Of a stretch of 64,000 bases of DNA, positions 45,129 to 54,716 are shown one piece after another. Position 1 is the stretch's first letter. Every line of letters begins with the position of its first letter. Under the pieces are notes generated by a model. That model worked only from the letters and a program-made list of their open reading frames with translations. It did not search any database and was not told where the DNA came from. The position numbers and the translations under genes are program-made. This stretch comes from Nitrososphaerota archaeon (GTDB lineage: Archaea > Thermoproteota > Nitrososphaeria > PSMU01): assembly GCA_040290255.1 (NCBI GenBank), contig PSMU01000002.1, forward strand, positions 192,001-256,000, given 5' to 3'.

Positions 45129-46382
45129 ATGGAGGGCCACGTGCTAAGGGAGACGCTCAGCAGGGCGCGGGAGGAAAATGAGCGCATCAACGCCTTCACC
45201 CAGCTGCCTCTCGCCGGGGAGCTGCCACGCTCACCACCCAGGGGTAGGCTGAGGGGGCTAATAGTCGCGATAAAGGATAACATCGACGTGGCGGGCTACT
45301 ACACGACCTGCGCCCTCAGGTACTTCTCTTCTGTCCGCCAGAGGAGAGATGCTGCCGTGGTGGCAACGCTGAGGCGGGAGGGCGCCATCATCTTGGGCAA
45401 GACTAACATGCATGCCCTTGCGCTGGGGGCCACCTCCACCAGCTCCGACTACGGCCCCGTGAGGAACCCCAGGGATACCTCTAGGATAGCGGGCGGCTCG
45501 AGCGGGGGCTCCGCGGCGGCCGTGGCGCTTGGCCTCGCACAGGCGAGCCTCGGCACCGATACCGGAGGCTCCGTGCGAGTGCCGGCAGCCCTCTGCGGGG
45601 TCGTGGGGTTCAAGCCCACCATCTCCAGCATGAGCCTGCGCGGCGTGGCCCCCTTGAGCCCCAGCTTGGACCATGTGGGCATCCTTGCGCCCGACGTAGC
45701 GACGGCGCACAGGCTATGCGCCTACCTGATGAGGCTTGACCAAATGGCACGGCCTCAGGAGCCATCGCGGCTCAGGCTAGGCCTGCCCAAGGGAGGGTTC
45801 TTGGAGGGCTTAGAGGGGGCCATCGAGGAGGCCTTCCTCGGGGCCGTGGAAGCCCTGGAGCGGCGGGGCGTAAAGTTCGCACAGGTAAAGTTGCCCTCCT
45901 TGGCCCGTATAAACCGCCTGCGGGCCGTCGTGCTGCTACGGGAAGCCTCATGGCTCTACCAGCCCTTGGTCAACCAGGAAGGCCTCCTGCCCGCAGATGT
46001 GCGCCAGACCTTGCTGAGGGCAAAGGGGATCACCAAGAAGAAGTACCTGAGGGCGCTCATCTCCAGACATGCCGCGGTGGCCAGGGCTGAGCTGGGCCTG
46101 AGCAGGGTACATGCCCTCATCATGCCCACGGTGCCCATAGCAGCGCCCAAAATGGACCAGGTGCTTGGACGGGAGCTCCGATGGCGGGGGCCGCTGCTCA
46201 GGAACACCGCCTACTTCAACTATACGGGCCAACCCGCCATCTCGCTGCCAGTCAACATGAACGAGGGGCTCTACCTGGGCCTCCAGCTCGTGGGGCGCCT
46301 CGGCAGGGATGGCGAGCTCCTTGCAATAGCCGACACGATCGAGCGCCTGCTGGCGCAGGGGCCTCGCGTAAAGACGGCGTAA
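45129..46382 (+). CDS. Amidase signature family protein
   Basis: IKDNID, GKTNM, GGSSGGS, GTDTGGSVRVPA. Confidence 0.93.
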   Translation: MEGHVLRETLSRAREENERINAFTQLPLAGELPRSPPRGRLRGLIVAIKDNIDVAGYYTTCALRYFSSVRQRRDAAVVATLRREGAIILGKTNMHALALGATSTSSDYGPVRNPRDTSRIAGGSSGGSAAAVALGLAQASLGTDTGGSVRVPAALCGVVGFKPTISSMSLRGVAPLSPSLDHVGILAPDVATAHRLCAYLMRLDQMARPQEPSRLRLGLPKGGFLEGLEGAIEEAFLGAVEALERRGVKFAQVKLPSLARINRLRAVVLLREASWLYQPLVNQEGLLPADVRQTLLRAKGITKKKYLRALISRHAAVARAELGLSRVHALIMPTVPIAAPKMDQVLGRELRWRGPLLRNTAYFNYTGQPAISLPVNMNEGLYLGLQLVGRLGRDGELLAIADTIERLLAQGPRVKTA

Positions 46383-46383
46383 G

Positions 46384-46800
46384 TCAGCCTCTAAGATATT
46401 TGCGCAACGCACCCGAGAGCGCCTGAGACAGCGGCTTTGACCTGAAGTCGTCGAGCCCTACGCAGGCTACGGAGGCCCACCCCTCGGCGGCAAGTCTGCC
46501 TTGGCCAAGGTCAAGCACCCTAAAGCCGTAGCGGACATGCCTCGTGCCCAGCTCCTCCACCCAGAGCTCGACCTCGGCTTCATCGCCCACGCTCATCGGC
46601 GCCAGGTATCGGCAGTGGGCCTCCACGCGCGGCAGCGCGATCTCGTACTCCCTCCTAAGGGCCCCGTACGAGAGGCCCTCCGAGGCCAGCAGCGCCTGCT
46701 CGGCCCTCTCGAAGTACTTAAAGTAGTTCGTAAAGTGCACGATCCCCAGCGCATCGGTGTCCACGAACTCCACCGTGAACCTTAGCCTGAAGCTCGCCAC
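46384..46800 (-). CDS. Acyl-CoA thioesterase (4HBT/YbgC hotdog fold)
   Basis: DTDALGIVHFTNYFKYFE. Confidence 0.9.
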   Translation of the reverse strand: MASFRLRFTVEFVDTDALGIVHFTNYFKYFERAEQALLASEGLSYGALRREYEIALPRVEAHCRYLAPMSVGDEAEVELWVEELGTRHVRYGFRVLDLGQGRLAAEGWASVACVGLDDFRSKPLSQALSGALRKYLRG

Positions 46801-46850
46801 GGCCAAGCGGCCATAACAGAGCATATAAGGCGTCAGAGGACAAAGCCCGC

Positions 46851-48617
46851 GTGCCCGGCGAGGCCGACCTCCTGCTTCCGCTGGTTTATACGCTCGTGGC
46901 CAGCTCGCTCCTAGGGCTGGCCAGCAGGAGGATTGGCCTGCCGATGGTGGCGGGCTTCGTAGCCGGCGGCATGATAGTGGGCCCACTCGCGGGCCTCGTG
47001 GACAGAGAGGCGCTCACGCTGAGGTTCCTAGCGGAGCTGGGGATCATCCTGATCACCTTCGAAATCGGCCTCACGCTCAGGCTCGACTTCTTCGCGAGGG
47101 GAGGGCTAAGGGCGTTTTCCATCTTGATGGTGGAGGTGCTGCTCGTGAGCCTGCTGACCTTCGCCCTGGGCTCCCTACTATCGATAGGGTGGGGAGATCT
47201 CCTCGTGCTGCTGTTCCTGGCCGTAAACACCAGCTCCGCGCTGGCCTTCAAGTTGCTGGAGGAACGTGCCGTGGCCGCGCCCGCCTTCAGGGAGTTGCTC
47301 CTGGCCCTCGCGGCCCAAGAGGACGTAGTGGCCCTCATAGGCCTGACGCTCTTCCCCCTGCTGGCAAGGCTTGAGCCGGCCAATCCGGTCGAGCTGGCCC
47401 GGAGCCTCCTGCTCATACCCTCCTCCGTCGCGCTTCTGCTCTTCGTGGGGCTCAGGTATCTGAGGCGCCCGCTGGAGTACTTTGCCCGAGTTGGGGGCGA
47501 AACCTTCCTGGCGATGAGCTTCGCGCTCGTACTGGCCTTTTCCTATCTGGGGGTGATCTCCGGCCTCTCTTCCGCCCTGGGCGCCTTCATAGCTGGCCTC
47601 GTGGTCTCCAACAGCGCCGTCTCCGAGAAGGTCGCGGATGCGCTGCGGTCGCTGAGACATATATCCGCGCTCTTCTTCTTCTCCTCCATAGGTGCCTCCA
47701 TGCCCGTCTCCGGGAACCCCTTGCTCTTCGCCGCAGGCGTGGGAATAGCGCTGCTGTCCGTGGCGCTTAAGTACTTCGGATTCTCGATCGCCAGCTGGTT
47801 GCTGGGCACGGAGCTCAGCGAGGCCTTTAGGCTGGGCCTATATATGACCTCGATAAGCGAATTCGGCATCATCGTGGCCAGGGGAGGCCTTGAGGCCGGC
47901 CTGGCGACTCAGACGTTCTACACCGCCAGCGTGCTCGCGTTCACGCTCTCCTCCCTTCTCTCGGCTACGCTGGTCAAGTTCGAGCATACGCTGCCCGGCA
48001 GGCTGGCCCACCTCTTTCCCCTGGGCCTTAGGCTCGGCCTCGAGAGGGCTTCGATGGCACTCCGCAATGCCTTTAGCAGGAGGGTGCAGGGCAGCGGCCA
48101 GCTTCGCGCGGTCGCCTCCGAATTCCTGAAGCGCCTGGGGATCATCCTGGTCGTCACGCTCATCGGCAACGTGCTGGTAGAGCTAAGCGGCCTTCTTCCG
48201 CCATGGCTGTACGCGCCCGCGGTGGCCTTCATCGTGCTCAGCGTAGGAGTAGTGGTGGTGCTCGTGGCGCTGAGGATGAGGGCCACCGTCGAGAGGCTCG
48301 GCCTTGAGATGGAGCCGCCGGGCGATTCGCCCAGGGCCTACAGGGCGCGCCAGCTGGGCGCGATGCTTTACACGCTCGTCCTGCTCGGCATAGGGCTTTG
48401 GATCCTGGGCGTATCCTATCCGCGCCTTGGGCGCCTCATGCAGGCAGCGCAGGAGCAGGGCCTGGCCCCCCTGCTCTTCGTGCTGATCCTGGCGCTGCTG
48501 CTGGCCCTTGCCTTCACGCGGCTCAGGGCCATCGCCTCCAACCTGGAGAGGGCCTTCGGCATAGGCCACCCCACGGGGAGAAGGCTATATCCCACGGGCT
48601 CCACTGCTGGCGCGTGA
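46851..48617 (+). CDS. Cation:proton antiporter (CPA2/KefB-like) with extra C-terminal TM segments
   Basis: LAELGIILITFEIGL, QED, LGAFIAG, FFSSIG, ISEFG. Confidence 0.9.
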   Translation: MPGEADLLLPLVYTLVASSLLGLASRRIGLPMVAGFVAGGMIVGPLAGLVDREALTLRFLAELGIILITFEIGLTLRLDFFARGGLRAFSILMVEVLLVSLLTFALGSLLSIGWGDLLVLLFLAVNTSSALAFKLLEERAVAAPAFRELLLALAAQEDVVALIGLTLFPLLARLEPANPVELARSLLLIPSSVALLLFVGLRYLRRPLEYFARVGGETFLAMSFALVLAFSYLGVISGLSSALGAFIAGLVVSNSAVSEKVADALRSLRHISALFFFSSIGASMPVSGNPLLFAAGVGIALLSVALKYFGFSIASWLLGTELSEAFRLGLYMTSISEFGIIVARGGLEAGLATQTFYTASVLAFTLSSLLSATLVKFEHTLPGRLAHLFPLGLRLGLERASMALRNAFSRRVQGSGQLRAVASEFLKRLGIILVVTLIGNVLVELSGLLPPWLYAPAVAFIVLSVGVVVVLVALRMRATVERLGLEMEPPGDSPRAYRARQLGAMLYTLVLLGIGLWILGVSYPRLGRLMQAAQEQGLAPLLFVLILALLLALAFTRLRAIASNLERAFGIGHPTGRRLYPTGSTAGA

Positions 48618-50335
48618 AGGAGGAGGCGGGCGTTCGTCCCCTGCACGCCCTCATCGAGGAGGGTTATTATGAGCCCTCTACGCGAACGGTGCGCGCCATA
48701 AAGGGCTGGAAGCTGCACTGCGTGAACTGGCAGGTCGAGGGGGTGCTCAGGATGCTCTTCAACGTCCTCGACCCCTCCCTGGCCAAGGACCCCAAGAAGC
48801 TCATCGTCTACGGCGGCAGGGGGAAGGCGGCTAGGAATTGGGAGTGCTTTGAAGCCATCGTGGACTCGCTCCTCACCTTGAGGGAGGATGAGACGCTCTT
48901 GGTCCAGAGCGGAAAGCCCGTCGCGATCTTCAGGACGGGCGCCTGGGCCCCGCGGGCGCTCATCTGCAACTCCATGCTCGTGGGCAGGTGGGCTACGTGG
49001 GAACACTTCGAGGAGCTTGAGGCCAAGGGACTCATCATGTACGGGCAATATACCGCCGGCTCCTGGAACTTTATAGGGCTTCAGGGGATCCTTCAGGGGA
49101 CCTTCGAGACCTTCGCGGCCGTGGCGGACAGGCACTTCGGCGGCACGCTCAAGGGGCGGCTTGTGCTCTCGGCCGGCCTGGGCGCCATGGGGGGCGCGCA
49201 GCCGCTGGCCATCACGATGAACGAGGGCGTGGCCCTCATCGCGGATGTGGATGAGGGGCTCATCAGGAGGAGGGCTGAGGACGGGTGGCTCGACCGGTGG
49301 ACGCAGGATGTTGAGCAGGCGCTGGCCTGGGCCGAGCAGGCAAGGGCCCAGGGCCGGCCCTTGAGCGTAGGGCTCGTGGGCAATGCGGCCGAGGTCTATC
49401 CGCAGCTCCTAAAGCGGGGCGTCATCCCCGACGTCGTGACCGACCAGACGCCCGCACATGACCCGTTGAGCTATGTGCCCGAGGGCCTGAGCCCTGAGCG
49501 GGCCGAGAAGTTGCGAGTCAGCGACCCACAGGCCTATGCGGCGAGCGCGCTCAGGTCCATGAAGAAGCAGGTGGAGGCCATCTTAGGCTTCATGCGAAGG
49601 GGCGCCGTGGCCTTTGAATACGGCAATAATATTAGGAGGAACGCCGCCGAGGCGGGTCTACAGGAGGCGCTATCCTATCCCGGGTTCATTCAGGCGTACC
49701 TGAGGCCTATGTTGGAGGAGGGGAGGGGCCCCTTCAGATGGGCGAGCCTGGTGGGGGAGCCCGAGGACATCCACAGGCTGGATGAGGTTATCCTTAGCGA
49801 ATTCGGGCACAACGCCAGGCTGGCCAGGTGGATAAACTTGGCCCGGCGACACGTCAGGTTCCAGGGCCTGCCGGCCAGGGTCTGCTGGCTGGGGTTCGGC
49901 GAGCGCGCGCGCTTCGGCAAGCTGGCTAACGACTTGGTGGCCCGAGGGGTCGTGGGACCCATCTGGGTGGGAAGGGATCATCTGGATTCAGGCAGCGTGG
50001 CCTCACCATACAGGGAGACGGAGGGCATGAGGGATGGCAGCGATGCCGTGGCCGACTGGCCCATCCTTAACGCCCTCCTCAACACAGCTGCCGGTGCCAC
50101 ATGGGTGGCGGTACATCAGGGAGGGGGGCAGGGCATGGGCTTCTCCATCTCCGCGGGCTTCGGCATGGTGCTCGATGGCACCAAGGAGGCGGAGGGCAAG
50201 GCCCTGAGGCTCTTCGAGTTCGACCCCGGCATCGGCGTCGTGAGGCATGCAGATGCTGGCTACGAGAAGGCCATAAGGCTGGTCAAGGCGAGCGGCATCA
50301 GGATGCCGATGCTCAGGGGCCAGCCACCTCCCTGA
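48614..50335 (+). CDS. hutU: Urocanate hydratase family protein (variant active-site motifs)
   Basis: VYGGRGKAARNW, QSGKPV, TDQT.AHDP, GRGPFRW, RDHLDSGSVASP, RHADAGY. Confidence 0.9.
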   Translation: MKEEAGVRPLHALIEEGYYEPSTRTVRAIKGWKLHCVNWQVEGVLRMLFNVLDPSLAKDPKKLIVYGGRGKAARNWECFEAIVDSLLTLREDETLLVQSGKPVAIFRTGAWAPRALICNSMLVGRWATWEHFEELEAKGLIMYGQYTAGSWNFIGLQGILQGTFETFAAVADRHFGGTLKGRLVLSAGLGAMGGAQPLAITMNEGVALIADVDEGLIRRRAEDGWLDRWTQDVEQALAWAEQARAQGRPLSVGLVGNAAEVYPQLLKRGVIPDVVTDQTPAHDPLSYVPEGLSPERAEKLRVSDPQAYAASALRSMKKQVEAILGFMRRGAVAFEYGNNIRRNAAEAGLQEALSYPGFIQAYLRPMLEEGRGPFRWASLVGEPEDIHRLDEVILSEFGHNARLARWINLARRHVRFQGLPARVCWLGFGERARFGKLANDLVARGVVGPIWVGRDHLDSGSVASPYRETEGMRDGSDAVADWPILNALLNTAAGATWVAVHQGGGQGMGFSISAGFGMVLDGTKEAEGKALRLFEFDPGIGVVRHADAGYEKAIRLVKASGIRMPMLRGQPPP

Positions 50336-51650
50336 TCAGGAGCTCCTCGAGCGCCCTGCGCGCGCTCTCCACGCCCCTGTAGAGCCAGGCCCCCGCGGCC
50401 CCCAGGCCCAGGGCCCAAAGCAACGAGGCGAGAATGAGATACTGCTGGGCCGTTATGCTCGCCTCCACCTGCACCACCAGCGCCCCGCTCAGGCCGGTGA
50501 GGCCCGTCAGGAGGCCCACCAGGGAGGACCTTACCCCGGTCGGGAAGAGCTCGCTCTGCAGCGCGCTGAGGGTACCCCAGGCCCATTCGGAGAAGATCAG
50601 GGCCACGAAGAGCGACAGCAGATAGTAGGGAAGGGAGGCTAAGGCATGAGCGTATAAGAGGAGCAGGCTGCCCAGCAGCCCGCCGGCAAAGGCCACGAAG
50701 GTGGCGACGCGCCTCGCCCTGTCGATCAACAGCGCCAGCGGCAGCGCCCCTACGGCGGCGCCTAGGTTGGCCGTGAAGATTACGTAGGGCACGGACTCCA
50801 GGCCAAAGCTGAAGCCAGGCGCATAAGGGGCGTAGTAGGCCATCATGTTGTACGTCAGATACTGGACAACCGTGATTATCGCCAACACGGCGAACCTAAA
50901 CGTGTACCGCCGCAGCGCTTCGGCCATGCCCACCCCCTCCTCACGCAAGGGCGAGCCGGAGAGGGCCCCGCCGTGGCCCGTGAACCGCCTGGCGATGGCG
51001 AGCGCTTGCTCCGCCCTTCCCCTCAGCAGTAGCCAGCGGGGGGACTCGGGAAGGGCCAGGCGGGCCAGCCTTATGCCCGCCGCCACCAGCACGGCCGAAG
51101 CGAGCAGTGCGCCCAGCTGAGGTGAGGCGCTTTGATAGAGCTCGCCGAAGGCCAGGGCAAGGCCGGCGATGAAGGCCGCTCCGACGTTCCAAAAGTTAGG
51201 CGCCAAGAGCAGGGCCTTGCCCCTATCCTTGGCGGGCAGGAGCTCGGCCAGGGCCGCGTAAGCGGCGCCAAACTCTCCGCCCACCCCGAAGTTCAGCAGA
51301 GACGTGAGCAGCAGCAGGGCGAGCGTTGATTCGTACGTGAAGATGAGCAGCAGCAGGGCCGCCATCTCTAGAAGTAGTGCGGCGGTAAAGATGGGCCTGC
51401 GCCCATATCGATCCGCCAGGTAGCCTAGAAGGATGGCACCCAGCATCTCCGAAAGCAGGTTCGCCGCAAAGATGGCCGGAAAGCTTGCTGGCGCCAGCAC
51501 GGAGACGATGAGCGGCGCGATCGAGAAGATGATGCCATCGGCAAAATAGTTGAGCGAGATGACGGAAAAGAGCGCCCAGTGGGCGCGGCGCCAGCTGCTC
51601 GTGCTCAGAAGCGCGGCCATATCAGGAGGGCCCAGCGAGGGCTCGCCCAT
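50313..51650 (-). CDS. MFS transporter (aromatic acid/sugar porter-like)
   Basis: GYLADRYGRR, GVGGE, ELLPAKDRG, PESPRWL, ELFPTGVR. Confidence 0.92.
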   Translation of the reverse strand: MGEPSLGPPDMAALLSTSSWRRAHWALFSVISLNYFADGIIFSIAPLIVSVLAPASFPAIFAANLLSEMLGAILLGYLADRYGRRPIFTAALLLEMAALLLLIFTYESTLALLLLTSLLNFGVGGEFGAAYAALAELLPAKDRGKALLLAPNFWNVGAAFIAGLALAFGELYQSASPQLGALLASAVLVAAGIRLARLALPESPRWLLLRGRAEQALAIARRFTGHGGALSGSPLREEGVGMAEALRRYTFRFAVLAIITVVQYLTYNMMAYYAPYAPGFSFGLESVPYVIFTANLGAAVGALPLALLIDRARRVATFVAFAGGLLGSLLLLYAHALASLPYYLLSLFVALIFSEWAWGTLSALQSELFPTGVRSSLVGLLTGLTGLSGALVVQVEASITAQQYLILASLLWALGLGAAGAWLYRGVESARRALEELLIREVAGP

Positions 51651-51739
51651 GTGCCGCCGACGAGATGAGGCCCTTATAACGAATGCTATAAAGGCCTTAT
51701 AACATAAAGAGCTAAGCGCCTAGCCATCGGCCGGCTGGC

Positions 51740-52594
51740 GTGAGGATAGTGCTTCACGGGGCGAACGGGTTCCTGGGCAGGCACCTTGCGGCGTACCTCC
51801 TTGCCAGGGGCTACGAAGTGCTGGGACTGGTGAGGAGGCCTGAAGCCGCGGCCCTGCTCAGGAGGCTGGGCTGCGAAGCCCTGCTCTACGGTGCGCGCGG
51901 CGAGGTGCCGCCGCTGGAGGGCGAGGGCCTGCACGTGGTCCTCATCTATTCCGAAGAGGGGAGGGAGCTGGAGCTCGTGGAGCGCTTGCTCGAGCGGAGG
52001 GAGGGGCTCAAGGGCCTAATCTACGCCAGCGGGCTGGGCGTGGAGGATCCCAGGCTGAGAGGCCTGGCGCACTTCGCGGTTAAGGCGCGGGTGGAGGACC
52101 TGCTGATGGCGGCGGGGGTGCCCTACGCCATCCTCAGGCCCAGCACGATAATAGGGCCCGGCGACGAGATCACCCCGCTGCTCCTCTCGATGGCCAGAAG
52201 GGGCACGATGGTGGTACCAGCGGAGGAGTACGTCTTTCAGCCAATCTGCATCACCGATGCCTGCAGGGCCGTGGAGGCCTGCATAAGGCGTTTGGCCAAG
52301 CAAGGGGAACACTTGGTCCTGCCGCTCGTCGGCCCCAAGGTGCTCTCTTACAAGTCCTTCGCGGAGCTTCTCGCCGAGATACTCATGGCCCACGGTTGGC
52401 TGTCCGCCGAACCAAGAATAAGCGTCCTTGAGCTCAATGCCGTCATGCTCGCATGGGAGATCACGCCCAACCAGGCTGCCTATACCTTTTCGAACGCTAC
52501 CGCTGATACGGCCGCGCTTGAAGCGCACATGGGCGGGCGCCTGGAGCCCATCGAGGCCTGCCTCAGGAGGATGTTCCCGCGCCTGGTGGAGTAG
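51740..52594 (+). CDS. Atypical SDR / NAD-dependent epimerase family protein
   Basis: GANGFLG, HFAVK, ILRPSTIIG, QPICITD. Confidence 0.85.
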   Translation: MRIVLHGANGFLGRHLAAYLLARGYEVLGLVRRPEAAALLRRLGCEALLYGARGEVPPLEGEGLHVVLIYSEEGRELELVERLLERREGLKGLIYASGLGVEDPRLRGLAHFAVKARVEDLLMAAGVPYAILRPSTIIGPGDEITPLLLSMARRGTMVVPAEEYVFQPICITDACRAVEACIRRLAKQGEHLVLPLVGPKVLSYKSFAELLAEILMAHGWLSAEPRISVLELNAVMLAWEITPNQAAYTFSNATADTAALEAHMGGRLEPIEACLRRMFPRLVE

Positions 52595-52633
52595 CCGCGA
52601 TAGAGCCTTAAGGGTTGATGTCCATAGAGGGCC

Positions 52634-53302
52634 ATGGGCGCCGTTGTGGCCCATGAGGTCATCGCCAAGCTGGGCGAAGTTATGCTGCCCGGCCTGCTGA
52701 GCGTGCCCAGCGATGCCAGGGGCCTCGTGCTGTTCGCGCACGGCAGCGGAAGCAGTAGGCTCAGCCCCAGGAACGCCTTCGTGGCCAGGGTCCTGCAGGA
52801 GAGGGGGTTTGCCACCTTCCTCTTCGACCTCCTTACGGAGAGGGAGGATATGGATTACAGCAGGAGGTTTGATGTCGAGCTCCTGGCCCAGAGGCTGCTG
52901 CAGGCGACGCGGTGGGCAGGGGGGAGAGAAGAGCTAAGGGGGCTGCCGCTCGGCTACTTCGGCGCCAGCACGGGGGCCGCTGCCGCGCTGATGGCGGCCG
53001 CCGAGCTGGGGCGGGAGGTCGGCGCCGTAGTATCGAGGGGCGGCAGGACGGACCTCGCGGAGCCTTCGCTGGACAGGGTTCTCGCGCCCACGCTCCTGAT
53101 CGTGGGCGAGCTGGACCTGCCCATTAGGGCCGTAAACGAGTGCGCGCTCAGCCTGCTGAGATGTGTCAAGGAGCTGGTCGTGGTGGAGGGGGCCTCACAT
53201 CTGTTCGAGGAGCCGGGCGCGCTGGAGCGCGTCGCCATACTGGCGGCGGGCTGGTTCGAGCGCCACCTGGCCCGGGCCTCCTGGACAAGGCGCCAGGCCT
53301 AG
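52634..53302 (+). CDS. Dienelactone hydrolase-like alpha/beta hydrolase
   Basis: FAHGSGSSRLSPRN, GASTG, SRGGR, HLFEEPG. Confidence 0.9.
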   Translation: MGAVVAHEVIAKLGEVMLPGLLSVPSDARGLVLFAHGSGSSRLSPRNAFVARVLQERGFATFLFDLLTEREDMDYSRRFDVELLAQRLLQATRWAGGREELRGLPLGYFGASTGAAAALMAAAELGREVGAVVSRGGRTDLAEPSLDRVLAPTLLIVGELDLPIRAVNECALSLLRCVKELVVVEGASHLFEEPGALERVAILAAGWFERHLARASWTRRQA

Positions 53303-54534
53303 GCCGCGCTGGCGCCGGGCACCGTCTTCTGCCCCTCGCCCTTCGCCACTAGGGCGGGCAGCTCTAGGCCCTCTATGCCGGAGAGGACGGGCACCACGCC
53401 CTGCTCGGCCATGTAGACCAAGTAGGTCAAGGCATCGAGCTTCTCGGGCGGGATCACGCCCATGCCCTGTACTTGGCCCTTCGCCAGCATCCTTATGCCT
53501 ATCGCGATGCCCAGGCTGGTGAGGAAGACGGTCGCCGTTTCGCCGTACTTGCTCAGCGCGTCCTTGTGGGTCATGTAAAGGAAGGCGCTGGCCGTGGCCG
53601 CCTCGCCCTTTCTCCTGCCGCTCACCTTTACCATGATGGCCTCAAAGCCCTCCACGTGCTGCATGCGCTCCGCATCCTGGGGACCCGAGAGCAGCGCGAC
53701 GAGGAGGTCCCTGGGCGCTACCCTGGCGCCCTTGACCTCTATGGGGGCATCGCTCAGCAGCCCGAGCTTAAGAAGCACCCTCATCGACTGCAGCACCTCT
53801 CGTGTGAGGGCGAGCTTAAAGTCGACGTACCGGATGCCCTTGCCTATGCTCTGAGGCAGGGTGACGGGCTCCTCATGCTCGACCGCGTAGACCTTGGCGG
53901 GGCCAACGGGCGCCGGGAACGTGAAGTCCTCCTCCCTGCTGAGCGGAGGCACGCGCTTAAAGGCCCCGTTCTCGTAGACGATGGGCCTGACGGCGCACTC
54001 GCGCAGGAAGGTCGTCAGGGAATAGGTCGCGAAGATCTCCCTGCCCCTCATCTTGGCCATCCCGCCATCCCTTATCCTTATCTCGCTCACCTCATCGAAG
54101 TGGCGGGCCAGATAGCCGGCCAGCACATTGCTCATGCCAGGATCCGTGCCCAGGCAGGGCAGGGCCACGATGCCGGCATCCCGAAACATATCATGCCTCT
54201 TCAGGGTCTCGAGCAGGGCAAAGGTGCCCAGGCCCGCATCCACGTAATGCGCCCCCAGGTCGAGGCAGGCCTGAAGTATGTTGGAGGTGCCCGCCCAAAT
54301 CGGCACGCCGTTGAAGACCACGTCGGCCTTTGAGATGACCTTGCTGGCATCCTCGAACCGCTCGGCGTTGGCCGCCTCCACCGAGAGCTTATCGCTCCTT
54401 ATCTCCCTGAGCGCGCGGTTGAGCTGCATAGGATTTATATCGGCGCAGATGATCTCATCTATCTCCGGGTACTCGCACAGGCGCTTTGCTAGGCCCAAGC
54501 CCACTAGGCCCGTGCCGATAATGGCCACCCTCAT
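53299..54534 (-). CDS. Saccharopine dehydrogenase-like oxidoreductase (carboxynorspermidine dehydrogenase-like)
   Basis: GTGLVG, HYVD, GTDPGMSN, HEEPVTL, GVIPPE. Confidence 0.85.
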   Translation of the reverse strand: MRVAIIGTGLVGLGLAKRLCEYPEIDEIICADINPMQLNRALREIRSDKLSVEAANAERFEDASKVISKADVVFNGVPIWAGTSNILQACLDLGAHYVDAGLGTFALLETLKRHDMFRDAGIVALPCLGTDPGMSNVLAGYLARHFDEVSEIRIRDGGMAKMRGREIFATYSLTTFLRECAVRPIVYENGAFKRVPPLSREEDFTFPAPVGPAKVYAVEHEEPVTLPQSIGKGIRYVDFKLALTREVLQSMRVLLKLGLLSDAPIEVKGARVAPRDLLVALLSGPQDAERMQHVEGFEAIMVKVSGRRKGEAATASAFLYMTHKDALSKYGETATVFLTSLGIAIGIRMLAKGQVQGMGVIPPEKLDALTYLVYMAEQGVVPVLSGIEGLELPALVAKGEGQKTVPGASAA

Positions 54535-54655
54535 AGATTATCACCACGAATTGATGCTGTTTGACGGCTGAGGTATAAAAGCCTTTCGCAGGCGGGCCAA
54601 AATTTAAAAAATCGTTAGTATCAATCCTATTTAAGCCATTAGGATAGCGAAAGAA

Positions 54656-54681
54656 GGCTTTGAGAGGATTAGCTCAAAGCC
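54656..54681. repeat. 9-bp perfect inverted repeat in an AT-rich intergenic region (operator or terminator hairpin)
   Basis: GGCTTTGAG-N8-CTCAAAGCC. Confidence 0.6.
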
Positions 54682-54716
54682 AGCGCGCCCTGGCATGCTT
54701 TTCCTAAGCTGCACGT

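Noticed and set aside
45129-46382. Amidase as GatA
   Set aside because: No gatB or gatC adjacent, and GKTNMHALA differs from the GatA-type NMDEFAM; left as a generic amidase.
51669-51703. Direct repeat CCTTATAAC x2
   Set aside because: Explained as the two TATA boxes of the divergent MFS and SDR genes.
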